Origin: a bacterium
GTDB taxonomy: Bacteria > JAAXHH01
Direction: 5' to 3'
Assembly (NCBI GenBank): GCA_963665755.1
Contig: OY762445.1
Coordinates: 23,926 to 87,925, forward strand
DNA length: 64,000 bases
Under the pieces are notes generated by a model. It made no database searches. It was not told the DNA's origin and worked only from the letters and a program-made list of their open reading frames with translations. The translations under genes were made by a program, and so were the position numbers. Position 1 is the stretch's first letter; each line of letters begins with the position of its first letter. Shown here in pieces: positions 17,447 through 26,519 of this stretch.

Positions 17447-19852
17447 TCAGAAATGACGTGCCAGTTCCACGCCCCAGTAGGGCGGTTCGTTTACGAATCC
17501 GGTCAGGTTGTTGAAATCGATACCGCCGGTGAGGGACACGTCGTCAAATATGTTTCTGCCGACCAGGGAGATCTCCAGTCCGGACCCCCGCGCCAGATAG
17601 GAGAGGCGGACCCCGCATTCCAACAGCCGATCGTCCTGAAACTCCACGGATTCGTATAGAAAGAACCGGACCGCGCTACGGTAGGCCAGGTCGGCCGTGG
17701 CCACCAGGTATGAGCCGTCCGGCAGGAGCACGGGGTAGCGCAGGATGGCGTCCGTGATCCACCTGGGCGCCTGGGGCAGGCCGTTGCCGTCAATCCTGAC
17801 CGTGCCGGGTTCCCGCCCCGGGGGATCCAGCACGGTACATGGGGCGTCGCATCCCTGCACGGCGAGGTCGTCATCTTCTATACGGGTATGATTATAGCTC
17901 AGTCCGGTCGTAATGTGCAGCCGGCCCGCCGGTGCGAGGGTTACTTCCGCTTCGAAACCCCTCCCCAGGGTCCGGTCCGCGTTTACCAACCGGTTGAAAT
18001 TGGCTTCGCCGCCTACCGCGGTGAGTTGCTGGTTGTGGAGACGGTAGTGAAATGCGGCCAGGTCGAGGCGAAGCCGTCCGTCCCAAAGGCGCATTTTCGT
18101 TCCGCCTTCGATGGAGTATATGGTCTCGGTCCCTGCCACGGAGACCATGTCGCCGAACAGAAGGCGTCCCTGAATACTCGGCGCGCGGAACCCCCTGGCG
18201 GCGCGTAAGTACGTCTGCACGCCGGATGAGACCGTATAACGCATGCTCAGGTCGCCGCTCCACGCGCTGTCGGTGGGACTGCGGTGTATCGGTCCGATCC
18301 CACCGGCCCCGGAGACCGATGGCGCTTCGACCCTCCTGGCGGTGTAGTCCTTCGCGTCACGGGAAAACCGCAACCCCCCGCCGATCTCCACGGGATCGCC
18401 CAGGTGCAGGGTGGATGCCAGAAACGCGGCCCATGCCTCGGCCTTCTGGTGTTGCCGGGTGTATCCGTCCTGCGTTCCACCGGCCAGGGTATCGTAGTTG
18501 AAGTCGTCTAGGTCGACCGACTCGTGCAGGTAGTACAGGCCGAACAGGTAATCGAGACGCCGGTGTTCCTGGCTGACCAGCCGGATTTCCTGGCTGACCT
18601 GGCGCAGGAAGGGGATGCCCCCCGCCGTTTCGGAAGGAAATGGAATCACGCCCGGGCCGCTGGGTGGACTGAACGCCGCACCGTAGCCGCCGTCTATGTC
18701 TCCGCGCGAGAAACTCTCGAGCCGCTCCATGCCGGTCAGCGAAACCAGTTCGTGGGTACCCGTCCGGTAGCGTACCTCTACCATCATTCCATGGGAATTC
18801 AATTCCCGTGTGTTGCGTCCATCGATCGCGATGTGATCACGGGAGAATCCTTCCGTCAGTCCGCCCCGGTCCGGTACGATGACGTTGGCGCGGAACAAAC
18901 GGGCGGAGCCGTCGAGTTCCCTGCCATGGATATTGACCAGCGTTTCAAGATCCGACGCGGGTTTCCAGCGCAACTGAAATCGTCCGGCCAGTTCCAGGTA
19001 CCCCCCGAGCGCTGCATTCGGACCATCGTGTTCGTTGTCCACCCAGTCGCCCCGCCGCTGCGCCAGCACCGAAAGACGGGCGGTGAGTTCCGGCGATCCG
19101 AGCGGTCCGGATACCGCCCCTTCGAAAGTGGCGCTGTTGAATCGCCCGTAACCCAGGCGGCCGAAACCTTCCGGCTCCTCGGTCGGCCGTGCAGATTCCA
19201 GCTTGACGATACCGGCCGGCGTGTTCCGGCCGAAAAGCGAACCCTGGGGACCGCGAAGCACCTCGATCCGGTCGAGGTCGAAGGCGGGATAGCCCTTCAA
19301 CAACGCGTTCTCGAGTACGATGCCGTCGTAGACCACGGAAACAGGCTGCGAAGCGTTCAGGTCGAAGTCCGTGTTGCCCAGACCCCGAATGTAAAAGCGG
19401 GGGAAAATCCGGCCGTAGGAGGACTCCATATGCAAACTGGGAACCCGGTTCGAAAGGAATCGAAGGTCCATGCCCGATGAACGGAGCACGGCGGACTTCC
19501 CTTCCTGTATCGTGGATAGGGAAAGCGGGACTTCGAATGCGGGTTGTTCACGCTTCCGCGCGGTGACCACGACCTCTTCCATCAGGATCGGTGCGCCGGT
19601 CGTGCCGAGGGTTTCCCCGTCGTCTTCGTCCTGTGGTGCGCCGGCCGTGCCGCGTGGGTCCGCTTCGTCCGTGTCCTGTGGTGCGCCGGCCGAGGTGCGT
19701 GGGTCCGTGGCCTGCGCGGCCGAATTGTTCGTTGTGTATACCAGGATCAGGGTCAGGACGGTCAGGACCGCCAGCAAAAAAACGGTTTCCGCCTTGCGTT
19801 TCCGCGATGTCTGAACGGAATTCAATGTACGGTTCATAGTCGGTGTAATCAT
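17447..19852 (-). CDS. TonB-dependent receptor
   Basis: Signal peptide, EEVVVTARKRE, RIEVLRGPQGSLFGRN, C-terminal F; start could be 19837. Confidence 0.93.
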   Translation of the reverse strand: MITPTMNRTLNSVQTSRKRKAETVFLLAVLTVLTLILVYTTNNSAAQATDPRTSAGAPQDTDEADPRGTAGAPQDEDDGETLGTTGAPILMEEVVVTARKREQPAFEVPLSLSTIQEGKSAVLRSSGMDLRFLSNRVPSLHMESSYGRIFPRFYIRGLGNTDFDLNASQPVSVVYDGIVLENALLKGYPAFDLDRIEVLRGPQGSLFGRNTPAGIVKLESARPTEEPEGFGRLGYGRFNSATFEGAVSGPLGSPELTARLSVLAQRRGDWVDNEHDGPNAALGGYLELAGRFQLRWKPASDLETLVNIHGRELDGSARLFRANVIVPDRGGLTEGFSRDHIAIDGRNTRELNSHGMMVEVRYRTGTHELVSLTGMERLESFSRGDIDGGYGAAFSPPSGPGVIPFPSETAGGIPFLRQVSQEIRLVSQEHRRLDYLFGLYYLHESVDLDDFNYDTLAGGTQDGYTRQHQKAEAWAAFLASTLHLGDPVEIGGGLRFSRDAKDYTARRVEAPSVSGAGGIGPIHRSPTDSAWSGDLSMRYTVSSGVQTYLRAARGFRAPSIQGRLLFGDMVSVAGTETIYSIEGGTKMRLWDGRLRLDLAAFHYRLHNQQLTAVGGEANFNRLVNADRTLGRGFEAEVTLAPAGRLHITTGLSYNHTRIEDDDLAVQGCDAPCTVLDPPGREPGTVRIDGNGLPQAPRWITDAILRYPVLLPDGSYLVATADLAYRSAVRFFLYESVEFQDDRLLECGVRLSYLARGSGLEISLVGRNIFDDVSLTGGIDFNNLTGFVNEPPYWGVELARHF
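19590..19707. repeat. 45-bp in-frame repeat (about 2.6 copies) in the TonB receptor N-terminal linker
   Basis: Encodes DPRTSAGAPQD / DPRGTAGAPQD / LGTTGAP. Confidence 0.8.
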
Positions 19853-20125
19853 ATCAGCTCATATGAATATGTGAGTATGCGGAACGTTCAGGTCGAGTAT
19901 ATGTCGAGTAATTATGGATAGCACGGGTACGTGCGAGATCGGCATCGAAACGGACGGCAATTTGAACGAGTCCGGCTCGTCCTGTCAAGCGCAACATCTC
20001 GAACGCGGGAAGCCCATTCTTTCCTTCAGCCCGGTTCGATTCGGTCCACTGAATTCGTTTGTAAGCAGACCTTTTTGAAGGTATTTTCGCCACAAACCTC
20101 CCTGCTCACGAATAGGAATCTTAAC

Positions 20126-20802
20126 ATGATATCGAAGTCTGCCATCCCCGCATCGGTCCTGTGCATGCTGGCATACCTTTCCTTCCCGTCGGATTCTTCC
20201 GCAATGGCCGGGGAAAACCGCAGCCGCCAGGGTTTCTACTTCGTATTGCAGGCCGGCGTATCGTCCCGGGCGACGAAAAGCAGGCGGAGTTTGTCGAACG
20301 CAGCGAGCAGATCAGCGATTTTCGGACCGACAACCTCTTCGCGAACATCTACTATGAATTCAACGGACGGCTTTCACGGGACGCCACGCCGCACCTCGGC
20401 GCGGGAGCGGGTGTGACGAGACAGCGGATGTTCTATTCCGCGGCGTCTATCCGGACGAACGACAGGGAACGGATGCGGCAGCTCGGACGCAACCCGCATG
20501 CGGCCGAACTGGCTTCACTGGCCGACGAAACGCTATCGGACAGGATGCTCGGATTCCAGTTTGTCGCGGGTGTGGACTATGCCATGGGCGAGCGGTTTTA
20601 GGCCGGCCTTAAACTGAGGTACGGCCGGACCGGTGAGTTTCTGGACGGCGAGAACCGCTGGAGGCTGCTGCGCGGGCACGAATCCACCGTGGGACCGACA
20701 TCGGAAACCGACTCCGATATGCCGGTTCTATACGAAATCAAAGGAAGCCCCGCTCAATTCTGGGGTATATCCCTGGGCCTGCGGTACCATATCGGAGGCT
20801 AG
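20126..20802 (+). pseudogene. Outer-membrane beta-barrel (opacity/surface-antigen-like) pseudogene
   Basis: Signal peptide and GFYFVLQAG in one frame. Shift near 20270 to NLFANIYYEF..PHLGAGAG..GFQFVAGVDY. In-frame TAG at 20599-20601, then the frame continues to FWGISLGLRYHIGG-stop. Confidence 0.75.
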
Positions 20803-20875
20803 CGGGGGCGGCCGACCGCGTAAACGGTTGGCGCGAATCGGCGAGGCCGTGGTCGGGTGCGTCCGCGGGCGGTAC

Positions 20876-20910
20876 AAAAAAGCGCCGGAACAGATTGCTC
20901 CGGCGCCTTT
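20876..20910 (-). terminator. Intrinsic terminator of cspA
   Basis: Stem gcgccgga/tccggcgc (20882-20906) followed by U6 on the minus strand. Confidence 0.8.
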
Positions 20911-20938
20911 GACGTTTTTTTCGGGGACCTGTGCCGCT

Positions 20939-21139
20939 TTACTGCTTAGTGACGTTTGCGGCCTGGAATCCCTTGGGCCCTTCCGTGATATCGAACTCGA
21001 CCGCATCTCCCTCGGCTAGGGACTTGAAACCCTCTCCCTGGATCGCGGAGTAGTGTACGAAGACGTCATCGCCACCATCGTGCTCGATAAAACCGTAGCC
21101 CTTGTGGTCGTTGAACCACTTTACTTTACCGACTGCCAA
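20939..21139 (-). CDS. cspA: Cold-shock protein
   Basis: GKVKWFN..KGYGFI (RNP1), DVFVHYS (RNP2). Confidence 0.97.
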   Translation of the reverse strand: MAVGKVKWFNDHKGYGFIEHDGGDDVFVHYSAIQGEGFKSLAEGDAVEFDITEGPKGFQAANVTKQ

Positions 21140-21301
21140 TATTGCTCACCACCTTTCAGGCATTTGTAGATACTTCTACAGCGAAGTCTCTGTTCGGCTT
21201 TCAACCCGCATATAGAAAAACGGCAGGACCGTAAGTTCTGATCCGTGCCGCATCGTTTTTTGTTTTACGATCATGCAGGAGACAGAGACAAATCCTGAAA
21301 C

Positions 21302-21331
21302 CTAATAAATCAAAACCGCCTTGAATGTCAA
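21302..21331 (-). promoter_or_regulatory. Putative cspA promoter giving a long 5' UTR
   Basis: TTGACA at 21331-21326, AT-rich -10 region near 21308-21302; about 155-nt leader as in csp genes. Confidence 0.45.
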
Positions 21332-21387
21332 CACTTTTTTCTTTTTGCGGCGTAATCGCGATCAATCCGGTCGCCTGCGACAGCCTA

Positions 21388-23004
21388 TCATTCCACACGC
21401 TCGATCCGTGCTTCCATCAGCATCCAGCCGACCTGATCGACCAGGACTTCATCGGGTGCTCCGTCCAGTTTGAAGCGAAATACGTGGGACCGGTCGCGCA
21501 GCTCGACCCGCCGCCGCTGTTCTTGATCCCCAACCGCGAAGGCCATGGTGAGGGGCAGCCGGAAAGGCTCCTGCCGCTGGGTCTGCCGGACCTGCATGGC
21601 GACTTCCCCGGTTCCCTCGTCCCAGGACCAGGTCGCCTCGACCACGGGATGTCCCGCACGGTAAATCCACTGTTCGAAGAACCAATCAAGCGTACTCCCG
21701 TACCGGGTTTCCATGACGGCCTGGAAATCCCCGGTCAACACGGTCTGATCGCGGAATTCGCGGTAGAAGCGCCGGATGCCGTCGAAAAAGGCTTCGTCGC
21801 CCATCAGGCCCCTCAGCATGTGGAGCACCAACCCGCCCTTGCTGTAATTGTACGCGTTCAACAGGTCGAACAGGTCCGTTATCGCAGGATTGATTATGGA
21901 CGCGGGAGCGCGGCGGTACGCTTCGATATACCGGGCCCTGCTCCGGGACAGCATTTCGTGAAACCGCTCGTTCCCTTCGGCTTCTTCGAAAAACAGGGCG
22001 CCGAAATAGGTGGCGAACCCTTCGCTGAGCCACAGGTGGTGCCAGTCGGACTCGGTCACCGAGTCGCCGAACCACTGGTGGGCGATCTCGTGGGCGATCA
22101 CGGCCTCGTTCCGTTTTGTGCCCGTTATGCCCTTCTCCGAAAAGAAGATGGCACTTGCGTTCTCCATGCCGCCGAACCGGGTGGAAGACTGTACCAGCGC
22201 GAGTTTCGTATAGGGATAGGGTCCAATCAGTTCGGTGTAGAAGGCCAGCATGTCCGTGGAACGGGAAAAATCCGTTATTCCCGCGTCCCGGTCGCCGGGA
22301 AAGAGGTAGTATGAAACGGGGATCCCCTGCCAGGACCCGGGTCGGATAATGGAAAATCGCGCCGCGCCGACGACCATGCAGTACGTGGGGATGGGCGCGT
22401 CGGTCTTCCAGTGCGTTCGTTTCATTTCCGGCGAGACGGCCGTCGTTTCCAACAGACGGCCATTGGCCACTACGTCGTAGGCCGCGGGCGCGGTGACGAT
22501 GAATTCGGCCGTGGCCTTGTCATAGGGGTGATCCACCCCGGGGAACCAGTGCCGGGCCCGGTTCGGCCAGTTGTCCGCGAATACCGACCGGTCCCCGAAC
22601 TTGTTCGCCTGTATGAACAGGCCGTCCACGGGCTCGCCGTGATAGATCACTGCCACCGCAACCGTGTCGCCCTCGGCATGGCCGTCCCCCAGCGCAATGC
22701 GCAACCGGCCGTCCCGGTGCTCAAAAGCCGCGATTTCGCCGTCGACCGTCACCCGGTCCACGGTCAGCGCGACCAGGTCGAGGGGCAGGACGTCCCGTCC
22801 GCCGGCCAGCATCACCGCCCGGATCGTGGTTTCGCCCTGGATGGCCTTGCCTGTTTCGCCGATATCCAGACGGATCCGGTAATGGAGGATGTCCACGTCG
22901 TCCAGGCGGGTGTATCCGTCGCTGGCCAGGCCGGCAGCGGGCGTAAGGCCCGGGAGGAGCAGCACCGCCGTGATGATCCACTTAGTAGTCATCCACTTCT
23001 TCAT
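21388..23004 (-). CDS. M1-family aminopeptidase, secreted
   Basis: GGMEN, HEIAH-x18-E (WLSEGFA), YSKG; signal peptide; AAGGAGG SD before ATG 23004. Confidence 0.92.
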   Translation of the reverse strand: MKKWMTTKWIITAVLLLPGLTPAAGLASDGYTRLDDVDILHYRIRLDIGETGKAIQGETTIRAVMLAGGRDVLPLDLVALTVDRVTVDGEIAAFEHRDGRLRIALGDGHAEGDTVAVAVIYHGEPVDGLFIQANKFGDRSVFADNWPNRARHWFPGVDHPYDKATAEFIVTAPAAYDVVANGRLLETTAVSPEMKRTHWKTDAPIPTYCMVVGAARFSIIRPGSWQGIPVSYYLFPGDRDAGITDFSRSTDMLAFYTELIGPYPYTKLALVQSSTRFGGMENASAIFFSEKGITGTKRNEAVIAHEIAHQWFGDSVTESDWHHLWLSEGFATYFGALFFEEAEGNERFHEMLSRSRARYIEAYRRAPASIINPAITDLFDLLNAYNYSKGGLVLHMLRGLMGDEAFFDGIRRFYREFRDQTVLTGDFQAVMETRYGSTLDWFFEQWIYRAGHPVVEATWSWDEGTGEVAMQVRQTQRQEPFRLPLTMAFAVGDQEQRRRVELRDRSHVFRFKLDGAPDEVLVDQVGWMLMEARIERVE

Positions 23005-23017
23005 GTTGTGTTCCTCC

Positions 23018-23048
23018 TTGACACGTTTCGAGGTCTTTCTCATATATT
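23018..23048 (+). promoter_or_regulatory. Putative promoter of the PhyH gene; -35 overlaps the SD of the divergent peptidase
   Basis: TTGACA-N17-CATATA(TT). Confidence 0.45.
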
Positions 23049-23087
23049 CTCCGCACACTTCCATCCACAACGAAAGGGCTAAGGGAC

Positions 23088-23867
23088 ATGGTCCGTCTAA
23101 CCGAGGACGACATCCGTTTCTTCGTCCGCGAAGGCTACCTGATCAAGCGCGGCGTGCTGAACCCCGACCTGATGGCCCAGGGACGGGAACGCATGTGGCG
23201 GAATCTGCCGCCTCCCCTCGAACGCGGGAAACCGGCAACCTGGATCGGACCCTTTGTCGAACCGGTCGACGACGGCGCGTCCCACAGGCACAGGTTCATG
23301 TGGAAGTACCGGGAACCCGGCGGAGAGGACTGGATGGTGCGACTCCTCGCCACCGATCCTTCCGTGATGGGCATGGCGGAACAGCTCCTGGGGGAAGGAA
23401 TGCTGGTCGACCCCGATCGTATCCGCGGCATTTACTGCGTCCTGCCCGAGGGCGCCGCGCCGCCCCGTCCCATGGGTTGCCACGTGGACGCCCATCCCTT
23501 TCACCTCGGCGTCGTGGGATACATCGACGACGTGGGGCCGAAGGGCGGCGGATTCACCGTCTGGCCGGGCAGCCATCGGAAATTCTATCCCGATTTCCCC
23601 ACGCGGTACTGCTTCGAACGAACCCCCTCGTACCAGGCGCACCTGGAAGAGGTGAACCGGATGCCTTACGCAGACTGTCACGGCAATGCCGGAGACATCG
23701 TCTTCTGGCACCACCGCATGGGCCATTCCGTCGGCCACAACCGGTCCACGCGGATCCGCCAGGCGGTCCTCTACGACTACAAGCGGACGGACCTGGACGA
23801 GAACGCGCCTCCCGGCGACGACATGTGGGTGGACTGGCCCGGCGTCCGTGCCGTTTTAGCATCTTGA
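23088..23867 (+). CDS. Phytanoyl-CoA dioxygenase (PhyH) family protein
   Basis: LTEDDIRFFVREGYL, HVD, VWPGSH, GDIVFWH..MGHS, IRQA. Confidence 0.88.
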   Translation: MVRLTEDDIRFFVREGYLIKRGVLNPDLMAQGRERMWRNLPPPLERGKPATWIGPFVEPVDDGASHRHRFMWKYREPGGEDWMVRLLATDPSVMGMAEQLLGEGMLVDPDRIRGIYCVLPEGAAPPRPMGCHVDAHPFHLGVVGYIDDVGPKGGGFTVWPGSHRKFYPDFPTRYCFERTPSYQAHLEEVNRMPYADCHGNAGDIVFWHHRMGHSVGHNRSTRIRQAVLYDYKRTDLDENAPPGDDMWVDWPGVRAVLAS

Positions 23868-23959
23868 CATGTGGGTAGACTGGCCCGGCGTCCGTGCCGT
23901 TTTAGCATCTTGACATGTGGGTAGACTGGCCCGGCGTCCGTGCCATACTGGCGTCTTGA
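23820..23959. repeat. 46-bp tandem triplication of the last 15 codons plus stop of the PhyH gene
   Basis: Units at 23820, 23866, 23912: gacatgtgggt(g/a)gactggcccggcgtccgtgcc...tctt. Confidence 0.95.
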
Positions 23960-23963
23960 ATCC

Positions 23964-24827
23964 CTACTCGAAGTAGCGGCCCACGATCGGCTTCAGCTTC
24001 TCCAGCGTGCCGCCGGGTACCGAATCCCGGTCGGAAACGATGGCGTTGGCCAGCGCGTTTTGACAGCGGCACGTGCTTTCCAGCGGGATGGCCGGCACCA
24101 CGTGGCGGACGACCTGCCGCGCCTGTTCCACGTTGGCGTGCAGGTTCTCGATGATCATGTCGACGGTGACGGCGTCGTGATCTTCGTGCCAGCAATCGTA
24201 GTCGGTGGAACACGCGATCGTGGCGTAGCAGATCTCGGCCTCCCGGGCCAGCTTGGCTTCCGGCGCGGCCGTCATGCCGATGACTGAGAACCCCCAGCCC
24301 CGGTATACGTTCGATTCCGCCCTGGTCGAGAACTGGGGTCCTTCCATGCAGAGATAGGTGCCGCCGTCATGTACCGTCAGCCCCGTCGATGCAGCGCCGT
24401 CGACGAGCAGTTTGCGCAGGGGGCCGCAGAAGGGTTCGGCGAGGCCCACGTGCACGACGAGACCGCTGCCGAAGAAGCTGGTCGCGCGGTGCCGCGTGTG
24501 ATCGTACAGCTGATCCGGAATGACGAAGTCCCGCGGGCGTATGCGTTCCTGGAGACTGCCCACCGCGCTGACCGACAGGATCCACTGCACGCCCAGCGTC
24601 TTCAGCGCAAAGATGTTCGCCCGCACGTTGATTTCGGACGGCCCGGTGCGGTGGCCGCGGCCGTGTCGGGCCAGGAAGGCCACGCGCCGGCCCTCGAGGG
24701 TGCCGGTCACGATCGCGTCGCTGGGATCGCCGAAGGGGGTGGCGGGCCGGACTTCCTCGAGATCCGTCAGGCCTTCCATACCGTAGAACCCCGTGCCGCC
24801 GATGACCGCGATCTGCGCGTTCGCCAT
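23964..24827 (-). CDS. mtnP: S-methyl-5'-thioadenosine phosphorylase
   Basis: IAVIGGTG, RHGRGH, SAVGSL, EGPQFSTRAES, IGMT, STDYD. Confidence 0.93.
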   Translation of the reverse strand: MANAQIAVIGGTGFYGMEGLTDLEEVRPATPFGDPSDAIVTGTLEGRRVAFLARHGRGHRTGPSEINVRANIFALKTLGVQWILSVSAVGSLQERIRPRDFVIPDQLYDHTRHRATSFFGSGLVVHVGLAEPFCGPLRKLLVDGAASTGLTVHDGGTYLCMEGPQFSTRAESNVYRGWGFSVIGMTAAPEAKLAREAEICYATIACSTDYDCWHEDHDAVTVDMIIENLHANVEQARQVVRHVVPAIPLESTCRCQNALANAIVSDRDSVPGGTLEKLKPIVGRYFE

Positions 24828-24948
24828 TTCACAACTCCCCTGGTTGATTCGAACGGTGCGTTTTCGCCGATGAAACCTGATGAAATGGTGCTGGAGTAGA
24901 CATATAACCCGCCCCACTTTTTATATCAATAAATAAAATCGATTAGCC

Positions 24949-24976
24949 TTGACAACGCCCTCCGGCGGTTTATCTT
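24949..24976 (+). promoter_or_regulatory. Putative nuo operon promoter
   Basis: TTGACA-N16-TATCTT preceded by an AT-rich UP-like tract. Confidence 0.55.
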
Positions 24977-25055
24977 GATTGGCGAGTTTGAGGGATAGAT
25001 GTACCTGGAAGCAGCCTCTGTCGACCGATCTATCTGGTTATTCCGAATCGACTAC

Positions 25056-25406
25056 ATGTCATACCTTCCCCTTATCCTGCTCGTCCTGCTTGTCCTGATC
25101 GTCGCGGCCGTAATCATTACCCTTTCCACTTTCATAGGCAGAAAAAAAGCGAGCGCCTCCAAGCTTGCGTCCTACGAATGCGGCGTTCCTCTCCAGGACT
25201 CCGCCCGGAAGAGCTTCTCCGTCAAGTTCTACCTGATCGCAATCCTTTTCATTCTTTTCGACGTGGAGATCATTTACCTCTACCCATGGGCTGTCGTTTA
25301 TGGCGATCTTCAGGTATTCGGCGCATTGGCGATGGGGGTGTTCTTTCTGTTGCTCATCATCGGATTCCTGTACGAATGGAAACGGGGAGCCCTGGAATGG
25401 GACTAG
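25056..25406 (+). CDS. nuoA: NADH-quinone oxidoreductase subunit A
   Basis: [18 protein letters not shown]; start may be 24999. Confidence 0.95.
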   Translation: MSYLPLILLVLLVLIVAAVIITLSTFIGRKKASASKLASYECGVPLQDSARKSFSVKFYLIAILFILFDVEIIYLYPWAVVYGDLQVFGALAMGVFFLLLIIGFLYEWKRGALEWD

Positions 25407-25867
25407 AAGACCAGCTTCAGGAAAACGTCATGACCACCAAGGTCGACGCGATGGTCGGCTGGGCCCGGAAGAATTCGCTCTGGCCGATGCCCTTCGGCAC
25501 CGCCTGTTGCGCCATCGAACTCATGGCGACGCTGGCCTCCCGGTTCGACCTGGCCCGTTTCGGAGCCGAAGCCATACGGTTTTCCCCCCGGCAGTCCGAT
25601 CTGCTGATCGTTTCCGGGAGGGTTTCCATCAAGATGATGCCCGTGCTGAAGAAGATCTACGACCAGATGCCGGAGCCCAAATGGGTCGTATCCATGGGGG
25701 CCTGCGCGTCCTCCGGCGGCGTATTCAATACCTACACGCTGGTGCAGGGCGTTGACCAGTATATCCCGGTGGATGTGTATATCCCGGGTTGTCCACCCAG
25801 GCCCGAAAACGTGATCCAGGCGTTGATGAAGATCCAGGAGAAAGTGGCCCAGGCGAAAGCGAACTGA
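25397..25867 (+). CDS. nuoB: NADH-quinone oxidoreductase subunit B
   Basis: [27 protein letters not shown]. Confidence 0.97.
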   Translation: MGLEDQLQENVMTTKVDAMVGWARKNSLWPMPFGTACCAIELMATLASRFDLARFGAEAIRFSPRQSDLLIVSGRVSIKMMPVLKKIYDQMPEPKWVVSMGACASSGGVFNTYTLVQGVDQYIPVDVYIPGCPPRPENVIQALMKIQEKVAQAKAN

Positions 25868-26508
25868 TGAACAGAAAATCCATCGCAGAGCTTCTGCTAG
25901 ACATTAAAGCCGTCACCATCAACGTCGAAGCCCCCTACCATTACAGTTCCGGTATAATCTCTCCGATATATTGCGATAACCGGTTGATCATATCCTGCCT
26001 GGAAGAGCGCAAGGTGATCGTCGACGCATTTATCGAGATCATCGACGCCCTCGATATTTCGCCGGATGTCATCGCGGGAACGGCGACCGCCGCCATCCCG
26101 TTCGCGGCGTGGGTATCGAATCGCATGGACCTCCCCATGGTCTATGCGCGTTCGGGCCAAAAGGGGTACGGCAAGGAACACCGGGTCGAAGGCACCCTGG
26201 TCCCCGGTCAGAAGGTGCTGTTTACCGAAGACCTGGTCACCACGGGAGGGGGCGTGCTGAAGGCGGTCGAAGACGTGGTCAGGTTCGACGTCGAGGTGAT
26301 CGGCGTGGCCACCATTTTCGAGTACGGCTTGCCCGCCGCCACGGAGGGTTTCCAGAAGGCCGGGCTGCCGAAATGGAGCATGGCGGACTTCGTGGCCATC
26401 CTGGACGTAATGAGTGAGCGGGGCGAGCTTTCGGACGACAGTAGAGACATCGCCATGGACTGGCAATCGGATCCCAGGGGCTGGGGCAGCAAGATGGGTT
26501 TCGAATAA
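25867..26508 (+). CDS. pyrE: Orotate phosphoribosyltransferase
   Basis: SGIISPIYCDNR, IAGTATAAIP, PRPP motif EDLVTTGG; TGATG overlap with nuoB. Confidence 0.88.
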   Translation: MNRKSIAELLLDIKAVTINVEAPYHYSSGIISPIYCDNRLIISCLEERKVIVDAFIEIIDALDISPDVIAGTATAAIPFAAWVSNRMDLPMVYARSGQKGYGKEHRVEGTLVPGQKVLFTEDLVTTGGGVLKAVEDVVRFDVEVIGVATIFEYGLPAATEGFQKAGLPKWSMADFVAILDVMSERGELSDDSRDIAMDWQSDPRGWGSKMGFE

Positions 26509-26519
26509 AGGGGACTGAA

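Noticed and set aside
20599-20601. In-frame TAG as pyrrolysine or stop-codon recoding
   Set aside because: The same gene also has a frameshift, TAG terminates many intact genes here, RF1 is intact, and no pyl genes are present.
23820-23959. 46-bp repeats as a CRISPR array
   Set aside because: The units are head-to-tail with no spacers, copy a gene end, and no cas genes are present.
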